64,000 bases of DNA from Candidatus Thorarchaeota archaeon. Its GTDB lineage: Archaea; Asgardarchaeota; Thorarchaeia; Thorarchaeales; Thorarchaeaceae. Positions 10,362-20,929 of the stretch are shown piece by piece. The stretch is taken from contig JBHLQH010000006.1 of assembly GCA_048884965.1 (NCBI GenBank), positions 64,001 through 128,000 of the forward strand, written 5' to 3'. The notes beneath the pieces were generated by a model that saw only the letters and a program-made list of their open reading frames with translations, was not told the DNA's origin and ran no database searches. The translations under genes were made by a program, and so were the position numbers. How positions within the stretch are numbered: the stretch's first letter is position 1; the number at the start of each line of letters is the position of its first letter.

Positions 10362-11948
10362 TCAGACTGGAAACCACGTAGACTCAATGAATACCTTTTC
10401 GAATTCCCTTCTATCAACCAGTTCGACATGCGTTATTCCCTTGACTACCTTCTCAGATAGATGACGCATCTCTGACGATAGTAACATCATCTTCGCTCCT
10501 AGGCCTGCTGTATTGCCAACTTGAAATACTGCTTCAATCGGTACCTCTGGAATTAGTCCAATTCGCAGAGCTGCTAGTGGATTGATGTAATTACCAAATG
10601 CTCCAGCAAGTAAAACTCGATCAATTTCATCAATTCTTATTCCATTCATATCTAGAAGGATCTTGACACCACTAAGAATTGCGGCTTTGGCAGTCTGCAC
10701 CTGTCGGATGTCTCTTTGTGAGAAGATAATTTTTCCATATTTCGAACTATCTACAACAATATATGATAATCCTGAAACTGAATCTTGTGTTGTTCTGCTT
10801 GACTCAGATAGTCTGCCATTTCGTGATATTATACCTACCTTCAAGAGCTCTGCAACTAGATCAACTATTCCTGAACCACACAGTCCTCTTGGTATTTCTG
10901 AACCAATAACTGAGATTACTGGTTGATCCTCACGACTAGCAATCGAAACATGCTCGATAGCTCCAAGTTGACCTCTCATCCCATGAGTGATTACCGCTCC
11001 TTCGAATGCTGAGCCAGCTGCTGTTGAACATACAAAGAGATCACCTCTATTTGATAGAACAACCTCACCATTCGTTCCGATGTCAATCGCTATTACAATA
11101 TCTTTGGCGGCATGCAATCTCTCAGCAAGAATTAGGGCAGTGATATCGCTTCCAACATAACCTCCAATGAGTGGGCCAAAGTACATTTTCGAGCGAATCT
11201 TTCTGAATCCAATTCTAGATGAAACCACATTTTGCTTTTCAAGCGATTCAGGTGCATAGGGTGCCACTCCTAATCTAGAAATATCGAGACCTAGAAGGAG
11301 ATGATGCATAACTGTGTTTCCAACAACTGAGATATCTTTTATATCCGGCATCCGAATTCCTTGGTCAATGCACAGTTCCCCCACCATCTTCTCTATGCAT
11401 TCTATTACGACCTTCTGTAGTCTATATCGATTATCTTCCTTAGTTGATGCAAACGCTAATCGCGTGATGATATCCTCGCCATAGAGTACCTGCGGATTCA
11501 ATTCAGAGATTTGATGCATCTGAAGTCCTGTAAATAGGTCCATCAGGTACGTGACTATTGTTGTCGTTCCCAAGTCAATGGCTATTCCATATTTCCCTTC
11601 TCTAGTTTGATCGGAAATCAGATACTCCTCAGCTGATCGACTTTCAGAGAGGATCTTTGGATCAGACCCTACTCCTAGTACCACAATTCGTGTATCCCGC
11701 TCGGCCAAATGTCTGCACGCAAGTCGGATGCCTTGGTCTTTCTCATCAAGTGGCAGAATTCTTTCCTCTTCTTGAGTGATTCGTGGTACAGGTTCGATGT
11801 GAACTCTACATTTTCCACATGTTCCTTTTCCGCCACATTCTGAAGAAATATAGAGTCCCGATTTCCGTATCGCATCAAGATAGGTTGTGTCTGCAATCGC
11901 AAGTACCCTCTGACCTGATGGTTCGATAATGATACGAAACCTATCCAT
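10362..11948 (-). CDS. RACo/AcsV-type ASKHA ATP-dependent corrinoid reductive activator with N-terminal [2Fe-2S]
   Basis: CGGKGTCGKC...LAC ferredoxin domain; IDLGTTT, IDIGTNGE, AAGSAFEG, GLCGSG, LAGAFG. Confidence 0.9.
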   Translation of the reverse strand: MDRFRIIIEPSGQRVLAIADTTYLDAIRKSGLYISSECGGKGTCGKCRVHIEPVPRITQEEERILPLDEKDQGIRLACRHLAERDTRIVVLGVGSDPKILSESRSAEEYLISDQTREGKYGIAIDLGTTTIVTYLMDLFTGLQMHQISELNPQVLYGEDIITRLAFASTKEDNRYRLQKVVIECIEKMVGELCIDQGIRMPDIKDISVVGNTVMHHLLLGLDISRLGVAPYAPESLEKQNVVSSRIGFRKIRSKMYFGPLIGGYVGSDITALILAERLHAAKDIVIAIDIGTNGEVVLSNRGDLFVCSTAAGSAFEGAVITHGMRGQLGAIEHVSIASREDQPVISVIGSEIPRGLCGSGIVDLVAELLKVGIISRNGRLSESSRTTQDSVSGLSYIVVDSSKYGKIIFSQRDIRQVQTAKAAILSGVKILLDMNGIRIDEIDRVLLAGAFGNYINPLAALRIGLIPEVPIEAVFQVGNTAGLGAKMMLLSSEMRHLSEKVVKGITHVELVDRREFEKVFIESTWFPV

Positions 11949-11959
11949 TAGATTCTCAC

Positions 11960-12865
11960 CTAGCTAATCAGGAATCTTGGATGTGGTTTCTCAGGCTGAA
12001 TGCGCTTCTCCATGAGTACTCCTGATAGAGCAACATCGACCATGGCTATTGCTGGATAGATAATCGGTGCGTGCTTTGCTGGTCCAATCAGGATGAAGTC
12101 CGCTCCTAGTGAAGCTGAGAGGACATTAGCTCCGACTAGAGCTGGAGGCTTGGCATCCTTACCGAATTTTGGCACCAGACCATTCCATGTGCTAATTGCA
12201 TTGTGAGCACCATTCCCAACAGGATATCCATACTTGTCCTTCAGGAGCTGCTGTGTCTTGCAGGCAATTCCTAATGTTGGTATGTCAAGTACACCAGTAT
12301 CAATCATGATGTTATCTATTCCCACACTCAGAGACTTCTCAATCAATGAATCCGCAAGTTCAACGCGCCTTGAACAGGAAATCATTGCTTTCGTATTGAA
12401 GGTAAGATGCAATCCATTTTTCAAATTAGCATCCGCAATCACCGTGTATAGATCTTCTTCAGTTGTTGGTGTCAAGGAATTGATGATGACTCTGTCCAAG
12501 AATCCTGCTTCCTTTGCTGTCATTATTCCAGTTGCGTTCACCTCTGCTGAGTCTGAGCCATCAATTAGGAGTGGAAATGCAGTCGAGTCTGCGAGATATC
12601 TGAGATATTCGTCAATCGCAATACAGCTAGTCGCAACAACATCCAGCATTGTTGGGAGGCCAGTTTTGTCTGTCAATTCCGAAAGCATATTGAGTGTCGC
12701 TTCTGTTTGACTCTTGTCAAACTCACCTTTTTCTGAGTTTGTCACAAGCTTGTCTTTTGTATAGAATATCGATGGAATAAGTACAGTGGGATTCAGTCCA
12801 GGGATTCCTCCAATCTTCACGCCACCGATCTCTAGGTTTTTTTGCTTGGTCGAGTAATCAAACAT
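11960..12865 (-). CDS. MtrH-like pterin-dependent methyltransferase
   Basis: IGGVKIGG-PG-NPTVLIPSIFY, G-FDK, PLLIDG, IINS, YGYPVG-GAHNA, GADF-L-GP, terminal HPRF. Start moved to ATG 12865 (SD GGAGAGG). Confidence 0.85.
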   Translation of the reverse strand: MFDYSTKQKNLEIGGVKIGGIPGLNPTVLIPSIFYTKDKLVTNSEKGEFDKSQTEATLNMLSELTDKTGLPTMLDVVATSCIAIDEYLRYLADSTAFPLLIDGSDSAEVNATGIMTAKEAGFLDRVIINSLTPTTEEDLYTVIADANLKNGLHLTFNTKAMISCSRRVELADSLIEKSLSVGIDNIMIDTGVLDIPTLGIACKTQQLLKDKYGYPVGNGAHNAISTWNGLVPKFGKDAKPPALVGANVLSASLGADFILIGPAKHAPIIYPAIAMVDVALSGVLMEKRIQPEKPHPRFLIS

Positions 12866-13033
12866 GAAAGACCTCTCCGAGCCTACATCATTATTGGAGT
12901 TCCTCATAAGAGTAGTTGTTCATTGATATGCTTCAGCGGGAACCCTTTTTTATCATTGAGAGTCCTAGTTTCATTTGAAATGATTAGCGAGGAATAAATA
13001 AAATCAGCGAAACAATAGTAATTCAGTGATTTA

Positions 13034-15631
13034 CTATTCTCTCTTCTTTGCTTCATCTTGAAGTTCTTTCAAGCGAACTAGTGCGTCAATTGGAGTTAAT
13101 CTATCCAAATCCATGTGTCGAATCAACTCAACAATGGGGTCATCAAGTGTGAGTGCTTCAAGACTTGTCTGGACCTTTTCACCATCCGACTCCGAATAGT
13201 CAAGGGTTACGGAATTCTCCTGCTCCAGCTTGAGTAGCATCTCTTTGGCTCGATTGACGACTTGCTCAGGTACTCCAGCAAGAGCAGCTACATGGACACC
13301 ATAACTCCTGTCTGTTCCTCCGTCGACGACCTTATGAAGGAACACAATAGTATCGCCTGTTTCTCTTGCAAGAGTATGAACGTTCTTCACTCCATGGTAC
13401 ATCTTAGCCATATCGGTAAGATGATGGAAGTGTGTCGCAAAGAGGGCACGTGATTTCATCTGAACGATCCTCTCAGCTACAGCCCACGCAAGTGCCATGC
13501 CATCAAACGTTGAGGTTCCTCGTCCAATCTCATCCAAGATCACAAGGCTCCTATTCGTAGCATTGTTCAGGATGTTCGCTGTTTCTATCATCTCAACCAT
13601 GAAAGTGCTTTGTCTTGCCGTCAGGTCGTCGAATGCTCCAACACGCGTGAAAATCCTATCAACTATTCCAATCTCTGCATTCTTTGCAGGAACGAAGGAT
13701 CCCATCTGTGCCATAAGAACGATGAGTGCAGCTTGACGCATGTACGTACTCTTGCCTGCCATATTGGGTCCTGTCACGATGATGAGTGTAGAGCCCCCAT
13801 CGCCTATCTCAAGACTATTAGGGACAAACTCATTGGGTCCCAATATCATCTCAAGTGAAGGATGACGTCCGTCGACGATCTTTATTCTAGTGCTCTCAGT
13901 CAGTCTTGGTCGAGTGTATTTCCTAGTTACAGCTACTTCGGCTAATGAGCAGAGAACATCAATGGTTGCGATAGCTGAGGAATTCGCACGTAGTTGATTG
14001 AGGTTTGCTTGGACTTGCTTTCTAATTCGTTCGAAGATTTCAAACTCCAGCTTGTTGATTCTGTCTTCCCCTGCCAGGACTGCAGCTTCTTTCTCCTTGA
14101 GCTCCGGAGTGATGAATCTTTCAGCGTTGGCTAGTGTTTGCTTTCGCTCGTAATCTTCAGGAACCAGATTGAGATTTGACTTTGTGATTTCAATATAATA
14201 CCCGAAGACCTTGTTGTATCCGACCTTCAATGACTTGATGCCTGTGCGTCGTCTCTCACGTGCCTGAAGTGAAGCAATCCACTTCTTATCATCACTAATT
14301 CCGCCCTTCAGAGCATCTAGCTCCTTCTCGTATCCTTCCTTGATCATTCCTCCATCACGCACAGAAACTGGAGGTTCATCTACAATTGCTTTCTGAAGAT
14401 TGTCAAGTAACACCTGAAGAGGGTCAATGATTCCCTCTGCTTCCTTCAGAATAATCGACTCACATATTGAAAGGGTCTTCTTGACTGATGGTAACCTCAG
14501 GAGTGCATTTCGAAGAGCGACAAGATCTCTTGCATTTCCTGAACCAAATACTATTCGACTGACTATTCTCTCAAGGTCTCCAAGGTTTTTCTGACCGTCT
14601 GAAAGATTTCTTCGCAACAAAGCCGTACGAGCTAGCTCCTCTACTCCATCAAGACGTTCCTCTATCTTTGATATATCCTGCAAAGGTTGAAGCATCCATT
14701 GCCTGAGTTTTCTTTTACCCATGGGTGTGACAGTCTTCGCCATAACCTCAAAGAGTGTCCCTCGTGTACTACCCTCCCGAGCATTTCTTACTAACTCGAG
14801 ATTTCTTTGTGTTGTCGAGTCGACTATCATGTGTGAAGCTGTAGAGTATGTGCTAAGACTCGTTATCGTCGTAACATTGCCTTTGTGCATTTCCTCAATG
14901 TAGGCTAGGATCGATCCCGCGGCACCAACAGCTACTCTCTTCTCCGAGAGTCCAAATCCTTCAAGTGTAGTCACTTTAAGCTCTTTCTTGATTTTGTCTT
15001 CTCCTGCTCGAGCAGAGAAATCAACATCTGATCTATAGGTGAGATGGGCTCCACAAGTTTCTAGATCCTTAACAACTCCACTTTTCTTTCGAAGAGAATC
15101 AGGGATGATTATCTCTGAGGGCTTTAGTCTCGCAATCTCGTTGAGAACGTCATCGTCATTCAGCCTTCCAGCAATCTCAGTAGCCATGAATTCTCCTGTT
15201 GATACATCGACAGCAGCAATCCCGACTACATCTTCATGTTCGACAAGAGCCACCAGATAATTGTTGGAAGTATCCTCGAGCATATTTGATTCAAGGATAG
15301 TTCCTGGTGTAATCACTCGGACGACATCACGCCTGACGAGCCCCTTTGCCTGCGAAGCATCCTCTACTTGATCTGCTAATGCAACATTGTATCCCGCTTG
15401 AAGGAGCTTTGCGATGTATCCATCAACTGCATGATGCGGGACTCCACACATTGGCCATCTATCTATTCCCTCTCCGCGCGATGTCAATATGATATCTAAA
15501 GCCTCACTTGCCTTCTTTGCATCCTCATTGAACATCTCAAAGAAGTCACCAAGTCTGAACATCAGAATGCATTCTGGATATTGCCTCTTCAATTCCAAGT
15601 ACTGGCGTTGCATAGGAGTCTGTTTCTTCAT
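13034..15631 (-). CDS. mutS: DNA mismatch repair protein MutS (MutS1)
   Basis: TPMQRQY, mismatch-binding FRLGDFFEMF, GVPHH, TGPNMAGKST, STFMVEM, DEIGRGTST, SYG. Start moved to ATG 15631. Confidence 0.97.
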   Translation of the reverse strand: MKKQTPMQRQYLELKRQYPECILMFRLGDFFEMFNEDAKKASEALDIILTSRGEGIDRWPMCGVPHHAVDGYIAKLLQAGYNVALADQVEDASQAKGLVRRDVVRVITPGTILESNMLEDTSNNYLVALVEHEDVVGIAAVDVSTGEFMATEIAGRLNDDDVLNEIARLKPSEIIIPDSLRKKSGVVKDLETCGAHLTYRSDVDFSARAGEDKIKKELKVTTLEGFGLSEKRVAVGAAGSILAYIEEMHKGNVTTITSLSTYSTASHMIVDSTTQRNLELVRNAREGSTRGTLFEVMAKTVTPMGKRKLRQWMLQPLQDISKIEERLDGVEELARTALLRRNLSDGQKNLGDLERIVSRIVFGSGNARDLVALRNALLRLPSVKKTLSICESIILKEAEGIIDPLQVLLDNLQKAIVDEPPVSVRDGGMIKEGYEKELDALKGGISDDKKWIASLQARERRRTGIKSLKVGYNKVFGYYIEITKSNLNLVPEDYERKQTLANAERFITPELKEKEAAVLAGEDRINKLEFEIFERIRKQVQANLNQLRANSSAIATIDVLCSLAEVAVTRKYTRPRLTESTRIKIVDGRHPSLEMILGPNEFVPNSLEIGDGGSTLIIVTGPNMAGKSTYMRQAALIVLMAQMGSFVPAKNAEIGIVDRIFTRVGAFDDLTARQSTFMVEMIETANILNNATNRSLVILDEIGRGTSTFDGMALAWAVAERIVQMKSRALFATHFHHLTDMAKMYHGVKNVHTLARETGDTIVFLHKVVDGGTDRSYGVHVAALAGVPEQVVNRAKEMLLKLEQENSVTLDYSESDGEKVQTSLEALTLDDPIVELIRHMDLDRLTPIDALVRLKELQDEAKKRE

Positions 15632-15728
15632 GCTTCTCCCTACACATATCTCTGGACTAGGTGACCCTAATAATCGATTCGCCATTTATGCCTGATGGGC
15701 TGTCATTCAATATGGTCTAGGAATCGGA

Positions 15729-16604
15729 CTACATACCTCTAACTGGCCACATATTGTCCCAGAAATCCTTGGGAGGATGCCCAAGATCATAATCGATTCG
15801 TGTATCATGCAGCACCCTTGAGCAGTAGGGGTCTCCATTAGCAATAGTATGCTCCATCGTCAGCACAATGCTGTCATGATAGTTCCTTGCTGCCTCATAA
15901 TCTCCGTAGCAACACACATAGTACTTGATTTCTGAGTCAGGTAAATCTTCAAGAGAATCGACCCACAGACAATTATCATTTCGATAGGCGTATTTGCCAT
16001 CTGCGATCATACCCTTAATCACAACCCAGTCTGAAGGTTCCTCCTCTGGAGTCATACGCTCCTGGAGAAGAGTTTCAAGATCAACAAAGGGAGGCTCTCG
16101 AGGTGTACGATTATCAATAATATACTGGGTGACGAATCGTTTCCAGAGTTTTATTGCTTCCTTACGCCCCATTATATTGATTAGTGATAGTAAGCTATAG
16201 TAACGTGGATGCAGGAAAGCTTGATGGTAATTCCGGTTAGGAACTTCCATTACAGTATCCCATGACATATCACTTTGTATATTTAGAGTTTGTAGATAGT
16301 AATTCGTGGCGTTCTTCAGCAATGAAGGATATTCTCTTAGATTCTTGGTCATCTTCTCCAATTCACCAAAATCAATGTCTTTTTCTGAGGTCTGATCTGT
16401 ATTCAATAATGCCTGATACTGCGCATCAAGTTCCTCAACGAAGGCAATCAGATAGTCTGGATGATTCTCTAAAAATCCAAGTAGGTAATCCAATCTAGAA
16501 AGAAGAAATTGACGGGCTTGCATTTTCGGATTGATTTCGACAAGCTTGTTCAGAATGTCTTCCTTAAATTCGCCTGACCTATAGAATTTCACATTGTTCA
16601 CCAA
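15729..16604 (-). CDS. L-2-amino-thiazoline-4-carboxylic acid hydrolase-like (ATC hydrolase family) protein
   Basis: C-terminal pattern NCLW...CCYGDY...HTIANGDPYC, typical of this family. Confidence 0.65.
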   Translation of the reverse strand: MVNNVKFYRSGEFKEDILNKLVEINPKMQARQFLLSRLDYLLGFLENHPDYLIAFVEELDAQYQALLNTDQTSEKDIDFGELEKMTKNLREYPSLLKNATNYYLQTLNIQSDMSWDTVMEVPNRNYHQAFLHPRYYSLLSLINIMGRKEAIKLWKRFVTQYIIDNRTPREPPFVDLETLLQERMTPEEEPSDWVVIKGMIADGKYAYRNDNCLWVDSLEDLPDSEIKYYVCCYGDYEAARNYHDSIVLTMEHTIANGDPYCSRVLHDTRIDYDLGHPPKDFWDNMWPVRGM

Positions 16605-16716
16605 ATCCCAATAGACTTTGCATGCCTCTGCTTTACTATAAGTCTTTCAACCAACGTAATCCTCAACTCCTCCTTTGCAGCAAAGATTGATATTCATTCA
16701 ATAGAGAACCAATGAT

Positions 16717-17268
16717 GTGGTTTGGATGAACTGGAGGTTCATACTAGTACTATCAATCTTTTCTGCATCCGTTGTGTTCCCTCTTCAAGTTACTCCTGAA
16801 ACTCAGTTTCTGAATGCATGGATCAACGAAGGGGAATACTACGACCGCTCACTGGGTTCATCAGCAGGTTTGAGAATGTTAGGCAACTTTACCGTGAATA
16901 AAGGTGAATACGTTGAATTCTTCATTTGTGATGACGGCAATCTTAGTGAGTGGCTAGATGGAAATCCCGTTCAAGTGCATGACTACCAAGAAGTCTATAG
17001 CTTCTATTCATTTGATTTTACAGTGCCATATGCTGACACGTGGCATCTGATATTCTCAAACGTGAATTTGACCTCAACAGGTCAGCGACAGATTACTGGA
17101 TATCTTACTATAGAGATTCCCTCATATTCTCTTCCCAGCAGCATGATTGATGAGATCAATAGAATTACCTTGATGTATTATGCATTCATTGTCATAGGAA
17201 TCTCAGTTGCAATTATTGCAGCTGTCTTTGTGTTTAGAAATCGTGAGAAAATGATGGGAAATATGTGA
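16717..17268 (+). CDS. Single-pass membrane protein with a small beta-sandwich (GOLD/p24-like?) ectodomain
   Basis: Signal peptide, beta-rich domain (VEFFICD...FDFTVPYADTWHLIFSN), C-terminal TM and short basic tail. Confidence 0.55.
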   Translation: MVWMNWRFILVLSIFSASVVFPLQVTPETQFLNAWINEGEYYDRSLGSSAGLRMLGNFTVNKGEYVEFFICDDGNLSEWLDGNPVQVHDYQEVYSFYSFDFTVPYADTWHLIFSNVNLTSTGQRQITGYLTIEIPSYSLPSSMIDEINRITLMYYAFIVIGISVAIIAAVFVFRNREKMMGNM

Positions 17269-17338
17269 AAAGAAAGGTATTTGATTAATATCTATTTGTA
17301 GACTAGCTATCTCTTTACAACTTGGTGTTGGCTCCATA

Positions 17339-18532
17339 GTGCAAGCGAAATATGATGTAGTAGTTGTCGGTGCAGGTCCAGCAGGCAGTGTTGCCGCTCA
17401 GAAGGTGGCATCAAGTGGATACAAGACCCTGCTTCTTGATCGCCGCCGAGAAATTGGTGTACCTGTCCAATGTGGAGAATATCTACCTTCGATTCGAGAG
17501 ATGCATGAGATGTTCCCAAAATGCGAGCGGCTACAGAAGTTAGGAAGGATTCCTCGGAGCGTTGTAACAAACAAGACAACTGAGATGCGCCTTTATTCTC
17601 CAAGACTCCATGAGTACGTTTTTCCTCTCGAATCTCGTGTCATTGACCGTGCTCTATTTGACAAGCATCTCGCTACCAAGGCACAAGATGCAGGAGCATA
17701 TCTGAGCACAAACTCGAGGGTGTTAGAGAAGTTCCGTAAAAATAGACTCAAGGTTCGAACCTCAAAAGGAATCGAAGAGGTATCGGGGAAGGTAATCATC
17801 GGTGCCGATGGTCCTCGTTCTACCATCGCACAGTATCTTGGATTTTCCTACAGAAATACGATGAAGGATATCAGTCAATCACTACAATATGTGATTGGAG
17901 ATATTCCTATTGCAATGAAGGAGCCTATGATGTTCTTTGGACATAAGGTAGCGCCTGGTGGTTATGCATGGATCATTCCAAAGACTGATCGTGTTGTCAA
18001 TGTTGGCTTTGGCCTTCGAAACTCCTTCATGCGCCCAGGTACTACTCTGGTGTCATACCTTGACAATCTCATCAGCAATAAGGGGATATTTGGAGGAGCA
18101 TTGAAAGAAGGAAGGATTTTGTCTAGAGTCGGAGCAAGTATCCCAGTAGGTGGTCCTTTGAAACGGACCTACAATGAGAATACCATTTTGATTGGCGATG
18201 CAGCAGGGCATGTCATGGCGTCTAATGGTGGCGGTATCCCTACAGCTCTTGCAGGCGGCTCAATTGCAGGAGAAATAGTGGCTCAACATCTCGAGAATGG
18301 CCTAAGTCTTTCAGCATACGAAACACTCTGGAAACGCGAGTTTGGCACTCAACTATACTCAGCGCTTGCAACTCTGCGGATAGCAGATGTGATGATGAGG
18401 GATGACACTCTGACAGAGATTGCCATGCGTATTTCTGGAGCAAGATTTCTTGAGGATGTCATAAAATGCAGGGTTCCATCGCCGCTATCTTTTGGAACTC
18501 CTTTGTTAGCGTCACTGATGCAGCTGCTTTGA
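17339..18532 (+). CDS. Geranylgeranyl reductase family FAD oxidoreductase (GGR/MenJ-like)
   Basis: VVGAGPAG, PVQCGE, GADG, PGGYAWIIPK, IGDAAG...GGGI. Confidence 0.92.
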   Translation: MQAKYDVVVVGAGPAGSVAAQKVASSGYKTLLLDRRREIGVPVQCGEYLPSIREMHEMFPKCERLQKLGRIPRSVVTNKTTEMRLYSPRLHEYVFPLESRVIDRALFDKHLATKAQDAGAYLSTNSRVLEKFRKNRLKVRTSKGIEEVSGKVIIGADGPRSTIAQYLGFSYRNTMKDISQSLQYVIGDIPIAMKEPMMFFGHKVAPGGYAWIIPKTDRVVNVGFGLRNSFMRPGTTLVSYLDNLISNKGIFGGALKEGRILSRVGASIPVGGPLKRTYNENTILIGDAAGHVMASNGGGIPTALAGGSIAGEIVAQHLENGLSLSAYETLWKREFGTQLYSALATLRIADVMMRDDTLTEIAMRISGARFLEDVIKCRVPSPLSFGTPLLASLMQLL

Positions 18533-18608
18533 ATTCATGCAAGTTAGTCCTATATAGGGATAGGCGGCATAGTACAACTGGACCGATGCAGAAGACTTTG
18601 AATGCGAG

Positions 18609-19730
18609 ATGCCAGAAATGAGCTATTCCTCCAAATTCCTAGAAAGCGGCGATGCAGCCCGTGATTTATTGCTTGAAGCAGGATATGCAAGTGCTGCAGC
18701 CATTGAAGCTGTAACAAAACTAAGTGAGCTATGTATCTATGTTAGTTTGGTGGCAACGGTTGCCGCTGAACATGAAAAAGGTACTCCCTTGCCTGCACAC
18801 TTTGAGTCAGAGGTACATGTCAACCCAATCAAGTTGCGAGGGTCATCAACCATTAATCTAGTTGAAGAACTTGAGAATAGAAATGTACTCGTTCCCCGAG
18901 GGAACAAATATCGGGTGATGCTTAGCAACATGATGAATCGTGTATTCTCTCTAACAGCTAATAATGGACCTGATTCTATAAGAGTCGTTATTTCCAACCT
19001 TCATGATGTTGCAAAGTTTTCCAATGCTTTGGAAACCATCGAGTGGGAGCTTGTCACAGCTATCCATGAAAATGTGGATGTTAAGTATCTAGACATCCCT
19101 TCACTTGAGGCGAACAAGGTCCCAAAGGATCTTCTTGACAATGTGCAATCCATAAATGAGCTTGCTAGGCTGATGAGCGAAAATGAGATTGACTTGAATG
19201 AGTCTTCTGATTACCTCATCAAACATATGACGAAGGGACCTCAGGGATCAACAAATATGGAGATTCTTGAAAGATATCTCACCTCTATTCATACCCTCTC
19301 AAATCAGATCGAGATAGAAGGAAAGGAGAGATGGAAGATTATCCAAGGGGCGACCAAGTATCCAGTGTCGATTCTCAATAGAAGCGGGCCGCCTCTAATT
19401 AAGAGCTCTTGGCATCTAAAACCCGATTTCAGAAATCATCCTCTCATTGAGAAATTTAAGAATCTAATGAATACCAACCTTGAATTCATTATTGGAATCA
19501 TCACTATGTATGATGGATTCATTTCGGATGTGACAGAAAATGTATCTAGACTTCCTCGTGGTACAAGCTTAGTCGATGCCCTGAGAGAAAAGAATCCTGC
19601 ACTTCCCACATCTGGTGATATGGATGAGTGGTGGACTTGCATAGGTAAGCAATCGCTTGGATTGAAAGCTCAGCTAAAGCTACTGAGCAACTTGATTACA
19701 AATGTGGATTCACTTTTCCAGAATGCGTGA
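18609..19730 (+). CDS. Hypothetical soluble protein
   Basis: 373-aa ORF with no overlap with the flanking genes; no motif recognised. Confidence 0.6.
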   Translation: MPEMSYSSKFLESGDAARDLLLEAGYASAAAIEAVTKLSELCIYVSLVATVAAEHEKGTPLPAHFESEVHVNPIKLRGSSTINLVEELENRNVLVPRGNKYRVMLSNMMNRVFSLTANNGPDSIRVVISNLHDVAKFSNALETIEWELVTAIHENVDVKYLDIPSLEANKVPKDLLDNVQSINELARLMSENEIDLNESSDYLIKHMTKGPQGSTNMEILERYLTSIHTLSNQIEIEGKERWKIIQGATKYPVSILNRSGPPLIKSSWHLKPDFRNHPLIEKFKNLMNTNLEFIIGIITMYDGFISDVTENVSRLPRGTSLVDALREKNPALPTSGDMDEWWTCIGKQSLGLKAQLKLLSNLITNVDSLFQNA

Positions 19731-20798
19731 TCAATGAAGTCGCTGAAGCACGAAGTCCGCGATTCTTTCAAGCAATGTTGCAGTTACAAAGTATTGACCT
19801 ACCAACGCGCTCTTTGCCTTGGTCACATACTCCTTTGTTAATTCAATTGCCGTTGATATCGCGTCTGTCTGCTTGATGAGGATAAGCGCTTCAGAAACAT
19901 CTCCTTCAGACAGTGCCTGCAAGCAACTCTCTCTTTCTTTCATTGAAGAGGCTTCAAGAGCATGTACCAGAGGATATGTACACCTCTTCGACAACAGATC
20001 ACTATGGACTGCTTTGCCTGCAATCTCAGTCGAGGAAATGATATTCAAGATATCATCTCGGATCTGAAAGGCAAAGCCCAAGTTCTCGCCAAATATCCCT
20101 AACAGCTTAATTTGATCGTCAGTCCCTTCGCCTATTGTAGCTCCCATAGTTGCAGCAGCTTTGATGAAAGACACAGTCTTTTTGTTTACCATATCGAGAT
20201 AGTTATCCTTGGTCATCACTTCTGGATTGTCTGCTTGCATGAGCATGTCAGCAGCTTCGCCCTCACACATGCGAATACCTCCTTCTGCTATCTGTACCAT
20301 AAGGTCCGCAGTCGCATATTTTCCAATCATCTTCACCGCTTGTGCGACAAGTAGGTCTCCAGCTAGTATTGCCATTTTGTGACCGAACTTCTCATGAGCG
20401 GATTCCACACCTCGTCTTAACGCATCTTCATCTATCACATCATCATGAATTAGGCTTGCAGTCTGTGCGAATTCTGTCGCAACTGCGTATGGAAGGGCTT
20501 TTTCAATATCTCCTCCAACGGCCTCGCAACAAAGGACTACTAAGAGTGATCGTAGTCTCTTACCTCCTGCCTTCAGAAGATGCTTTGCAGTATCATAAAG
20601 AATCTTTGGCTCTCCATCAGTTCCAAGGTATGATTCAATTTCTTGATTGATTCTCTCAAGTCTTCTTTTCACTTTCTCATCCTGAAGTAGGTCGTTAAGA
20701 AAAGTCACTTCCCCATTCTGAATTGTGCTTTCTGGGAATAGACCATATGTATCTGCATCAGCGATAGCGTCTTTCTCGTTCAACACTTCATCCTTCAA
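19731..20798 (-). CDS. Trans-polyprenyl diphosphate synthase, probably medium/long-chain
   Basis: GGKRLR, FARM ASLIHDDVID-RRG, GQ/GE-D region, KT, SARM FQIRDDILN. Ala at position -5 before the FARM. Confidence 0.9.
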   Translation of the reverse strand: MKDEVLNEKDAIADADTYGLFPESTIQNGEVTFLNDLLQDEKVKRRLERINQEIESYLGTDGEPKILYDTAKHLLKAGGKRLRSLLVVLCCEAVGGDIEKALPYAVATEFAQTASLIHDDVIDEDALRRGVESAHEKFGHKMAILAGDLLVAQAVKMIGKYATADLMVQIAEGGIRMCEGEAADMLMQADNPEVMTKDNYLDMVNKKTVSFIKAAATMGATIGEGTDDQIKLLGIFGENLGFAFQIRDDILNIISSTEIAGKAVHSDLLSKRCTYPLVHALEASSMKERESCLQALSEGDVSEALILIKQTDAISTAIELTKEYVTKAKSALVGQYFVTATLLERIADFVLQRLH

Positions 20799-20929
20799 GA
20801 TGTTTGGTAATTCGGGAGATAGAGTATCCCCTATTAAGGAATTCTGAAACCAGAAATATTAGTTTTAGTTTCAGGAAGAGTTTTCTGTGAAACTGACTTT
20901 CGATTCCTATCGAAACAGGAGTCACGACG

